A DNA stretch of 64,000 nucleotides, from NCBI GenBank assembly GCA_944381155.1, contig CALWKA010000001.1, positions 130,529 to 194,528 on the forward strand, given 5' to 3'. The notes under the pieces were generated by a model that was not told where the DNA came from, did no database searches, and saw only the letters and a program-made list of their open reading frames with translations. Origin of the DNA: an uncultured Clostridia bacterium (GTDB lineage Bacteria > Bacillota > Clostridia > Christensenellales > UBA1242). This document shows, one piece after another, positions 56,790 to 64,000 of the stretch; position 1 is the first letter of the stretch; the number at the start of each line of letters is the position of its first letter. The translations under genes were made by a program, and so were the position numbers.

Positions 56790-57532
56790 ACATAACTATC
56801 AAAAACGAAGAAGAAATAGAGAAGATGCGAAAGGCGGGCAAGATTTTGAAAGAAACGCTTGACCTAATGGAGCAGTCAATCTATCCGGGCCAGACCAGTG
56901 CGCACCTTAACGATTTGGCCTACAATTATATAATTTCACAAGGTGCAAAACCTTCCTTTTTGAATTATGAAGGATTTCCGTACACGATTTGTGCTAGTGT
57001 AAACGCGCAAGTGGTGCACGGATTCTGTTCATCCGTTCCGCTAAAAGAAGGAGATATCATCTCAATTGATTGCGGAGTGATTTGGGAAGGTTATCATTCA
57101 GATGCAGCAAGGACATTTGCTGTGGGGAACATATCTATTGAAAAAGCTAACTTAATAGAAGCTACACGCCAATCCTTTTTCGAAGGAATCAAAGGAATCA
57201 AGGCGGGCGATAGATTAGGGCACATCAGTCACAGGATTCAAACATATTTGGAAGATCGTGGCTATGGAGTGGTGCGCGAGTTGTGCGGTCACGGTGTGGG
57301 CAAAAATTTGCACGAAGATCCACAAGTCCTAAACTATGGCAAGTACAATTCAGGTATTCAGTTAGTTTCTGGTATGACCTTGGCGATAGAACCAATGTCT
57401 ACTATGGGAAAGCGTTATGTGTATCTAGAGGACAACGATTGGACAGTGACCACGCAAGATGGTTCACCTAGTGCACATTATGAAAACACTGTTCTGATTA
57501 CAGATACAGGTGTGGAAATCTTGACTTTGTAG
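56786..57532 (+). CDS. map: type I methionine aminopeptidase
   Basis: 248 aa. ATGA overlap with adk. Typical MetAP metal-binding blocks (DCGVIWEGYHSD, HGVG, LAIEPM). Confidence 0.96.
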   Translation: MNITIKNEEEIEKMRKAGKILKETLDLMEQSIYPGQTSAHLNDLAYNYIISQGAKPSFLNYEGFPYTICASVNAQVVHGFCSSVPLKEGDIISIDCGVIWEGYHSDAARTFAVGNISIEKANLIEATRQSFFEGIKGIKAGDRLGHISHRIQTYLEDRGYGVVRELCGHGVGKNLHEDPQVLNYGKYNSGIQLVSGMTLAIEPMSTMGKRYVYLEDNDWTVTTQDGSPSAHYENTVLITDTGVEILTL

Positions 57533-57539
57533 GAGTGTT

Positions 57540-57809
57540 ATGGATATAGAATTTTCAGTGGGAGATATAGTGAAATCAGTATCAGGACACGATAAAAATC
57601 GCTTATTTGTAGTCACAGCTATTGACAAAAATGGATATCTTGCTATAATAGATGGTAAGTATAGAACTATGGACAAGCCGAAGATGAAAAATCCAAAGCA
57701 CTTATTGAAAGTTGCCCACGACGACGAGATAATCAAAAGGGTTAATTCGTCCGTTGCAACGAATACAGAGATATATAAAATGATTAAAGTTTATTTTGAA
57801 AAGGAGTAA
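57540..57809 (+). CDS. KOW-domain RNA-binding protein (conserved between map and infA in Clostridia)
   Basis: 89 aa. [18 protein letters not shown] is a KOW-like motif. Position between map and infA. Confidence 0.7.
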   Translation: MDIEFSVGDIVKSVSGHDKNRLFVVTAIDKNGYLAIIDGKYRTMDKPKMKNPKHLLKVAHDDEIIKRVNSSVATNTEIYKMIKVYFEKE

Positions 57810-57810
57810 T

Positions 57811-58032
57811 ATGTCGAAGGAAGACCTTATTGAAGCAGAAGGCGAAGTGATCGAAGTTTTGGGAAATACCAACTTCAAAGTTAAGATTATGAACAACCAT
57901 ATCATCACCGCATATATATCTGGTAAATTGCGTACCAATTATATCAAGATATTAGTGGGTGACAAGGTAAAAGTAGAGATGAGTCCGTACGATTTGACCA
58001 AAGGTCGAATTGTATGGAGAGACAAAAACTAG
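57811..58032 (+). CDS. infA: translation initiation factor IF-1
   Basis: [24 protein letters not shown]... after the SD AAGGAG. The track's upstream ATG at 57796 is unlikely to be the start. Confidence 0.96.
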   Translation: MSKEDLIEAEGEVIEVLGNTNFKVKIMNNHIITAYISGKLRTNYIKILVGDKVKVEMSPYDLTKGRIVWRDKN

Positions 58033-58043
58033 AAGGAGAAATT

Positions 58044-58160
58044 ATGAAAGTTAGACCATCAGTTAAACCAATGTGCGAAAAGTGCAAAGTGATCAAACGC
58101 AACGGCAAGGTTATGGTGATTTGCTCAAAAAATCCAAAGCACAAACAGCGTCAAGGTTAA
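58044..58160 (+). CDS. rpmJ: 50S ribosomal protein L36
   Basis: Not in the ORF track because it is under 60 aa. By hand it reads [38 protein letters not shown], following the SD GAAGGAG. Confidence 0.95.
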   Translation: MKVRPSVKPMCEKCKVIKRNGKVMVICSKNPKHKQRQG

Positions 58161-58239
58161 TAAAATTGAAAATTAGCACAATGTCTCGCGGCATTTTGGC
58201 ATTGTGAGTAAATAAATTACATTAAGTGGAGGAAAAATT

Positions 58240-58608
58240 ATGGCACGTATATCAGGCGTGGATTTACCTAATGAAAAAAGAGTGGAGATCGGGCTTACTT
58301 ATATTTATGGTATAGGAAGGACCAGCGCGAACAAGATTTTGCAAGCTACTGGCATCAATCCTGACACCCGAGTTAAAGACCTTACAGAAAATGAAATCGC
58401 TTCTATTCGTAAATATATAGAGGCTAATTTTGTCGTAGAAGGTGAAAAGCGTAAAGATGTGGCTATGGACATCAAGCGCTTGAAAGAAATTAGGTGCTAT
58501 CGTGGGCTCAGGCATATTGCTAACCTTCCAGTGAGAGGGCAATCTACTAGGCATAATGCGCGTACACGCAAGGGACCTAAAGTGACGATAGCTAATAAGA
58601 AAAAGTAA
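58240..58608 (+). CDS. rpsM: 30S ribosomal protein S13
   Basis: 122 aa. [26 protein letters not shown]. Confidence 0.98.
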   Translation: MARISGVDLPNEKRVEIGLTYIYGIGRTSANKILQATGINPDTRVKDLTENEIASIRKYIEANFVVEGEKRKDVAMDIKRLKEIRCYRGLRHIANLPVRGQSTRHNARTRKGPKVTIANKKK

Positions 58609-58621
58609 TAAGGAGTAAATA

Positions 58622-59017
58622 ATGGCTACTAAAAAAGAAACAAGGAAAAAGAAAATTTTAGTTAGTAATGGCGAAGGTGCTGTGCACATTCAAGTAAGTT
58701 CTAACAATACATTGGTATCTTTAACGGATAGTCAAGGCAATCAATTAGCACAAAGCAGTGCAGGAAAACTTGGTTACAGAGGTGCCAAAAAGAGCACTCC
58801 ATTCGTTGCTCAACAGGTGGTAGAAGATGTTTTGAGCAAAGCAAGTTCTTTTGGTATCAACAAAATTGCTATCTATATTAAAGGTGCTGGTACTGGTGGC
58901 GGTAGAGAAGCTGCAGTCAGAGCTGCTACAACATTTGGATTGGGAGTTACTATGTTTAAGGATGTATCTCCTATTCCGCACAATGGATGCAGACCACCTA
59001 AAAAGAGAAGATTGTAG
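58622..59017 (+). CDS. rpsK: 30S ribosomal protein S11
   Basis: 131 aa. Typical S11 C-terminus SPIPHNGCRPPKKRRL. Confidence 0.98.
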   Translation: MATKKETRKKKILVSNGEGAVHIQVSSNNTLVSLTDSQGNQLAQSSAGKLGYRGAKKSTPFVAQQVVEDVLSKASSFGINKIAIYIKGAGTGGGREAAVRAATTFGLGVTMFKDVSPIPHNGCRPPKKRRL

Positions 59018-59025
59018 GAGGATAT

Positions 59026-59643
59026 ATGGCAAAAAATACTAGTCCAGATTGTAAGCAATGTCGTAGAGAAGGTATGAAGCTTTTCCTAAAGGGCGAGAGA
59101 TGTCTTACTAAATGTGCTTTTGACAAACGCCCAGTGGTCCCTGGTCAACACGGTACTGCAAGGAAAAAGTTTTCAGAATACGGAATGCAACTTCGTGAAA
59201 AACAAAAAGTTCGCAGAGCTTATGGCTTGCTAGAAAAACAATTCAGAATATATTATGAAAAAGCTACTCGTAGCAAAGAAAGTACGGGTTGGGCATTATT
59301 GAAAATGCTTGAATTAAGATTGGACAATGTTGTTCATCGTATGGGTATTGGTTCATCTAGAGCAGAGTCAAGGCAGATTGTCAATCACGGTCACATCACT
59401 GTAAACGGCAAGAAAGTGAACATTCCTTCTTATCAAGTGAAGGTAGGAGATGTGATTCAAGTGAAAGAAAACAAGCAAAGTTTAGAGATGTTCAAAGCGC
59501 TAAAAGATGCTAAAGTGAACACTCCAAAATGGTTGGAATTCAATCCAGAAACTCTCACAGGAAAAGTGTTAGCGCTTCCTGAACGCGATGACATTGATAT
59601 GAACATTCAAGAACATTTGATTGTAGAATTTTATTCAAGATAA
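59026..59643 (+). CDS. rpsD: 30S ribosomal protein S4
   Basis: 205 aa. Cys-rich N-terminus CKQCRREG...CLTKC and an S4 domain. Confidence 0.97.
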   Translation: MAKNTSPDCKQCRREGMKLFLKGERCLTKCAFDKRPVVPGQHGTARKKFSEYGMQLREKQKVRRAYGLLEKQFRIYYEKATRSKESTGWALLKMLELRLDNVVHRMGIGSSRAESRQIVNHGHITVNGKKVNIPSYQVKVGDVIQVKENKQSLEMFKALKDAKVNTPKWLEFNPETLTGKVLALPERDDIDMNIQEHLIVEFYSR

Positions 59644-59658
59644 TAGGAGAAACTAATT

Positions 59659-60615
59659 ATGATGGAAATCGAAAAACCAAAAATATCTTTGGAAGAAAAA
59701 GACAATGGTGCAAATGCGATTATTACAGTTGAACCATTGGAAAAAGGCTTCGGTATCACGATAGGCAATATGCTTCGTAGGACTTTGTTGAGCTCGTTGC
59801 CTGGTGCAGCCGTTGTCGGAGTGAAAATAAAAAATGTGTTGCACGAGTTTTCAACAATTAAAGGCGTCACTGAAGATGTGCCAGACATTGTTTTGAATCT
59901 CAAGACTCTTGCAGTTAAGACGGAGAGTACTGACGAAGATTTCAAAGGTACTATGACTCTTAAAAAGAAAGGTCCTGCTGTGGTATATGCAAAGGATATT
60001 GAGTGTGAATCTGGTATCAGCATCGTAAATCCTGATTTGTATATTTGCACAATCGACGATGATGCAGACCTTGATATGACTCTATATGTTGGTAGAGGTA
60101 GAGGCTATGTTCCGGCAAGTCTGAACAAAGATTTTTCAGATGAAGTAGATTTTATAGCGATTGATTCATTGTTTACTCCTGTCAAACGCGTCAACTTTGA
60201 AGTTCAATCTAGTCGTGTTGGTCGTAGTCTAGACTTTGACAAACTCGTTTTGGATGTTCAAACACGCGGTACTGTTAGTGCAAAAGAAGTCGTTGCGCTA
60301 TCAGCAAAATTATTAAACGATTATGCAACTATGTTTGTCGACCTTGTTGAAGGTATGGACGGAATGAACATCTTGGTTGCTAGAAAAGAAGATGAAAGAA
60401 CAAAATTATTCGAAAAACCTATTGAGGAAATGGAATTAAGCGTTCGTAGTTACAACTGCTTGAAGAGAGCAGGTATTGATACAATTGGCGACCTTGCTAA
60501 AAAGACGCGCGCAGAAATGATGAAAGTACGCAATATGGGTGCTAAATCTATGGAAGAAGTTATCAATAAGCTTGAATCTTATGGAATTGTCCTTGAAGGT
60601 AATGAAAATTATTAA
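59659..60615 (+). CDS. rpoA: DNA-directed RNA polymerase alpha subunit
   Basis: 318 aa. The C-terminal domain motif ELSVRSYNCLKRAGIDTIGDL is present. Confidence 0.97.
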   Translation: MMEIEKPKISLEEKDNGANAIITVEPLEKGFGITIGNMLRRTLLSSLPGAAVVGVKIKNVLHEFSTIKGVTEDVPDIVLNLKTLAVKTESTDEDFKGTMTLKKKGPAVVYAKDIECESGISIVNPDLYICTIDDDADLDMTLYVGRGRGYVPASLNKDFSDEVDFIAIDSLFTPVKRVNFEVQSSRVGRSLDFDKLVLDVQTRGTVSAKEVVALSAKLLNDYATMFVDLVEGMDGMNILVARKEDERTKLFEKPIEEMELSVRSYNCLKRAGIDTIGDLAKKTRAEMMKVRNMGAKSMEEVINKLESYGIVLEGNENY

Positions 60616-60626
60616 GGAGTGCCAGT

Positions 60627-61136
60627 ATGAAAGTGAAACAATTAGGACGCCCTACCGAAGAAAGATTGGCTATTATGCGAAATCAAGCTACTGATCTTCT
60701 TTGGAAAGGTAAGATTGAAACTACTCTTGCCAGAGCAAAATCACTTAAAAGTTATGTTGAAAAGCTTTTAACTTTGGCTATCAACTCGTATGAAGATGTT
60801 GTCACTGTGCAGAAGACCACAGTGAACAAAAAGGGTGAAAAAACCACTCGCGAAGTTCTAAACGATGGACCAAAGAAACTTTCAGCGCGCAGAAAGATTA
60901 TGGCAAAAGTTTACTCTGTGAAAGAAGAGCGCAAGCCAGGCGAGAAAAAGGCGGATTATCTGTTGCGTATTGACAATATCAAGAATCCACTTCTTGAAAA
61001 AATATTCAATATTTATGCACCAAAGTATGCAGAACGCGCAAAAGAATTGGGTTCAAAGGGTGGATACACCAGAATTTTGAAAACAGGGATTCGCAAAGGT
61101 GACAATGCTGAAATGGCAATTATAGAATTGATATAA
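60627..61136 (+). CDS. rplQ: 50S ribosomal protein L17 (long form)
   Basis: 169 aa. N-terminal block LGRPTEERLAIMRNQATDLL and C-terminal block GGYTRILK...RKGDNAEMAIIEL, with an internal basic insertion. Confidence 0.95.
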   Translation: MKVKQLGRPTEERLAIMRNQATDLLWKGKIETTLARAKSLKSYVEKLLTLAINSYEDVVTVQKTTVNKKGEKTTREVLNDGPKKLSARRKIMAKVYSVKEERKPGEKKADYLLRIDNIKNPLLEKIFNIYAPKYAERAKELGSKGGYTRILKTGIRKGDNAEMAIIELI

Positions 61137-61170
61137 AAACTTGATTAATTTCAAGTTTTTTTATTTTTTT
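61137..61170 (+). terminator. intrinsic terminator ending the alpha operon
   Basis: AAACTTGA TTAATT TCAAGTTT followed by TTTTTATTTTTTT. Confidence 0.85.
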
Positions 61171-61271
61171 AACTAATTTACTTATTTTATCAAACAAGTT
61201 TTTTTATTTTTTAAAATTGATTTTATTTAATCATTTTATTGTTTCAACATCGTGCTAAATACAAAATTTGT

Positions 61272-61300
61272 TTGACAGATATATAAATATTTGGTATATA
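61272..61300 (+). promoter_or_regulatory. promoter with extended -10 for the terminal surface-protein gene
   Basis: TTGACA (61272-61277), 17-nt spacer, TGgTATATA (61292-61300). Confidence 0.55.
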
Positions 61301-61315
61301 TTATACAGGGGTATA

Positions 61316-64000
61316 ATGCAAAAAATAAGTAAGAAGCATAGTATGGTTATTTGTATAGCATATATTGTGCTATTGCTTTTTCTATCCTTTGTGGGAGTGT
61401 ATGCTTGGTTCACCGCGCGAGCAAATCGCTCGGACGATGTCAATTTTGCCACTCTTGAAATCAATATCCGTTCGGGATCGAATACTATTTCGGATACAGA
61501 TTTTACCACTACATATCTCAACAATATCAGTCCGGGTAGCACTGTCAATTTCAATACGCTATCAATAGCAAATGTTGGCAACGCGCCCGTTTATACAATA
61601 ATAAAATTAAAATTGAAATTTCAAATGGATGGCAACGACCATTCACTAATTTATTATTATAACCTTAATGGTGAACTCATAGATTATAAAGCGCTTGAAA
61701 ACAATTCCACTCCAGCATCTTTGATTGAAGCGAATCAGACCAAGTCTGTTGATCTATCATTCACTTTCGACGGGGATGAATTTACCAATGACTTCAAACA
61801 AAATAGTGTTGAAGTTACATTCACCGCATTTGCTATTCAGTCATTAATTCCTGCAGACGAAACGGGTACATATCCTACTAGCGAATTATATGCAGTGTAT
61901 TATTTGGTGGAAGAAGTGGATACCGATACAGACATCGCGTCAAACAAAGTTTATTTCTATGACGAAACGGGCGATGATTTAATCTATATTGAATATGTCA
62001 ATCAAAACGCGGATAGCATTTATTCAGGCGTTCCAACGAAAGAAAGTACAGAAATGTATAGTTATGTTTTCACGGGTTGGGTGGATGAGAATAATAGACC
62101 AGCAAATCTAACGAATATTACATCGGATGTTGCGGTATATGCATCATTTAGTCAAACATTGCGCGAGTATGAGCTTGAAATCGTCAACTCCACCACGGCA
62201 AACTTGACTGTCACTAGGCAAGGGAACAACCTTCAAAATGGCGCTATCTTGCATTATGGGGATATTTTAACTATTAGTTATACCGAAAATCAAGGCAGTA
62301 CAGGTCATTTAGTAGTGACAGGCGCAGATCTCCAATCGGGTAACAGTTATCAGGTGACGGGCAATGTTTCAATCTATTATTCAGAAGAAAATATTCCATA
62401 TTCGCTTTCGATTGTCAACAACACGGGCGCAAAAATTACAATTTTGAGAAACGATGTCATTTATAATGGCGGGGTAGTATATTATGGCGATATATTGGAA
62501 ATAACCTTTGATTCAAACGCAGGATATACGGGTTCAATTTCAGTCTCGGGCGCTAGCGCACAATCAGGCGGATATAGAGTGACAGGCAATGTGACGATCA
62601 CATATACTGAGACTCGCACCCCATATTCAATTCAAATGATCAACAATACGGGCGCGCAGTTGAAAGTGACGCGTGGGGATGAAACAATCACTTCTTCCAG
62701 CACGCTGTATTATGACGATATATTGAATATCTCGTTTGTGGCAAACGCGGGCAAATTAGGGCAATTAGAAGTGACAGGCGCAGTGCGTAGCGGGGGAGAA
62801 TTTACATATTTAGTTCGAGATGATGTGGTCATCACATACAGCGAAATTTTGGAAGATTACTTCCTGTTGTCCGTTCCAAATGGCGTAACTGTCAATAGAG
62901 ATGGATCCGATCTTTCTACAGGTACAATCATACATTATGGCGATGTCTTGACCATAAGTTATGACCTGCCAGACAATTATGAATTGGTTGACTTTTCAGT
63001 CAGCGGTGCAGATCACACATCGGGCAACAACTATTCAGTAACAGGCAATGTGAATGTCGTATTCGAAATAAATTTGGTGGCAACACCTTTGCCATTTGAA
63101 ATCAATGAAAATGGCGAAATCACCGCCTACACAGGCACCGCCACCGAAGTCACAATCCCTAGCACATATTCATTGCTTGAAGATGGCACAGCAGTCGAAG
63201 GCACAGACCACACAATCACCGGCATAGCCGATGCATCCAGTTATACTGCAGGCGCTTTCTACGGCAAAAATATAACAAGCGTAACTTTGCCAGCCACCTT
63301 AGAAAAGATAGGAAGTTATGCATTCTATAGATGCACCAATCTCACCAGCATCACCATACAAGATAGTGTGACCAGCATAGGAAATTATGCATTCTCTTAT
63401 TGCGACAAACTCACCAGCATCACCATACCAGATAGCGTGACCAGCATAGGAAATTACGCATTCAGAGATTGCACCAATCTCACCAGCATCACCATACCAG
63501 ATAGTGTCACCAGCATAGGAGGAGGTGCATTCTATGATTGCAGGAATCTAACAGAAATCAACTTCAATGCTACAAATATGGCAGATTTATCTAGCAGTAA
63601 TAGAGTATTTTATAATGCAGGGCAGGATGGAGCAGGCATAACAGTGAATATAGGAGCGAATGTCACCCGCATTCCAGCATATTTATTTTATACTGGAAGT
63701 TCTTCATATGCGCCAAATATCACCGAAGTAAACTTTGCGCCTAATAGCCAATGCACAGAGATAGGAACTTATGCATTCAGAGATTGCACCAATCTCACCA
63801 GCATCACCATACCAGATAGTGTGACCAGCATAGGAAGTTATGCATTCTATAATTGCAGGAATCTAACAGAAATTAACTTCAATGCTACAAATATGTCAGA
63901 TTTATCTAGCAGTAATAGAGTATTTTATAATGCAGGGCAGGATGGAGCAGGAATAACAGTGAATATAGGAGCGAATGTCACCCGCATTCCAGCATATTTA
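61316..64000 (+). CDS. large surface protein (3' end outside window): TasA/camelysin-like signal and N-domain, one Listeria-Bacteroides-type repeat, four tandem repeats of about 76 aa, BspA-type leucine-rich repeats
   Basis: Not in the ORF track because it runs off the window. My own translation from ATG 61316 is open for 895 codons to base 64000. It reads MQKISKKHSMVICIAYIVLLLFLSFVGVYAWFTARANRSDDVNFATLEI..., then YSYVFTGWVDENN, then four copies of (Y.L.IVN.TGA.L.V.R...YGDIL.I.Y...VTGNV.I.Y), then IPDSVTSIGNYAF.DCTNLTSITIPDSVTSIG. Confidence 0.85.
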   Translation, partial: MQKISKKHSMVICIAYIVLLLFLSFVGVYAWFTARANRSDDVNFATLEINIRSGSNTISDTDFTTTYLNNISPGSTVNFNTLSIANVGNAPVYTIIKLKLKFQMDGNDHSLIYYYNLNGELIDYKALENNSTPASLIEANQTKSVDLSFTFDGDEFTNDFKQNSVEVTFTAFAIQSLIPADETGTYPTSELYAVYYLVEEVDTDTDIASNKVYFYDETGDDLIYIEYVNQNADSIYSGVPTKESTEMYSYVFTGWVDENNRPANLTNITSDVAVYASFSQTLREYELEIVNSTTANLTVTRQGNNLQNGAILHYGDILTISYTENQGSTGHLVVTGADLQSGNSYQVTGNVSIYYSEENIPYSLSIVNNTGAKITILRNDVIYNGGVVYYGDILEITFDSNAGYTGSISVSGASAQSGGYRVTGNVTITYTETRTPYSIQMINNTGAQLKVTRGDETITSSSTLYYDDILNISFVANAGKLGQLEVTGAVRSGGEFTYLVRDDVVITYSEILEDYFLLSVPNGVTVNRDGSDLSTGTIIHYGDVLTISYDLPDNYELVDFSVSGADHTSGNNYSVTGNVNVVFEINLVATPLPFEINENGEITAYTGTATEVTIPSTYSLLEDGTAVEGTDHTITGIADASSYTAGAFYGKNITSVTLPATLEKIGSYAFYRCTNLTSITIQDSVTSIGNYAFSYCDKLTSITIPDSVTSIGNYAFRDCTNLTSITIPDSVTSIGGGAFYDCRNLTEINFNATNMADLSSSNRVFYNAGQDGAGITVNIGANVTRIPAYLFYTGSSSYAPNITEVNFAPNSQCTEIGTYAFRDCTNLTSITIPDSVTSIGSYAFYNCRNLTEINFNATNMSDLSSSNRVFYNAGQDGAGITVNIGANVTRIPAYL
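63458..64000 (+). repeat. near-identical 315-bp (105-aa) tandem duplication within the LRR region
   Basis: 63458-63685 matches 63773-64000 with only a handful of substitutions (GCATTCAGAGATTGCACCAATCTCACCAGCATCACCATACCAGATAGTGT...GCGAATGTCACCCGCATTCCAGCATATTTA). The second copy is truncated by the window edge. Confidence 0.9.

Noticed and set aside
61255-61581. 108-aa minus-strand ORF and 67-aa plus-strand ORF listed at the start of the last locus
   Set aside because: A different plus frame starting at ATG 61316 is open to the end of the window. It encodes coherent signal, repeat and LRR domains. The listed ORFs are frame shadows.
1-64000. Alternative genetic code (for example TGA read as Trp, as in Mollicutes-like low-GC genomes)
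   Set aside because: Conserved genes end at TGA at their expected lengths (rplJ at 26100-26102, adk at 56787-56789). All ribosomal protein ORFs are intact under the standard code.
1-64000. Prophage, defence island or secretion-system genes accompanying the giant protein
   Set aside because: I recognised no integrase, capsid, terminase, restriction-modification, toxin-antitoxin, sortase, T7SS or ABC-exporter genes. RecD2 and ComF look like ordinary housekeeping copies.

Overview
Chromosomal window from a low-GC Firmicutes (Clostridia-like) bacterium. SpoIIID and SpoVG are present, and conserved genes stop at TGA, so the standard code applies. About one third of the window (2257-23865) is a single 21.6-kb ORF encoding a 7,202-aa surface mega-protein. 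It has a lipoprotein signal, Ig-like segments and repeated FDGNG/GLUG-type (GGxxG) modules. Near its C-terminus it has a two-helix membrane hairpin followed by a 624-aa Tyr/Asp-rich tail. Two more large surface proteins are present: a 1,114-aa two-module relative with a (DPDDPTDPS)n linker, and a truncated protein (more than 895 aa in-window) with tandem beta-repeats and BspA-type LRRs. Together these are the accessory, possibly undescribed part of the window. The rest is core machinery: rplJ-rplL with an L10 leader, comF, recD2, spoVG, murC, rpmE-prmC-prfA, and a complete S10-spc-alpha cluster (rpsJ to rplQ, including secY, adk, map, infA, rpmJ, rpoA). Several hypothetical proteins are also present, two with long Lys-rich disordered regions. 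Notable non-coding features are several 0.3-0.7 kb intergenic tracts of almost pure A+T, many near-consensus TTGACA-17-TATAAT promoters, clean intrinsic terminators, and a roughly 365-nt leader upstream of rpsJ. I recognised no rRNA, tRNA, CRISPR array, transposase or integrase. All calls come from reading the sequence and translations; no searches were run.
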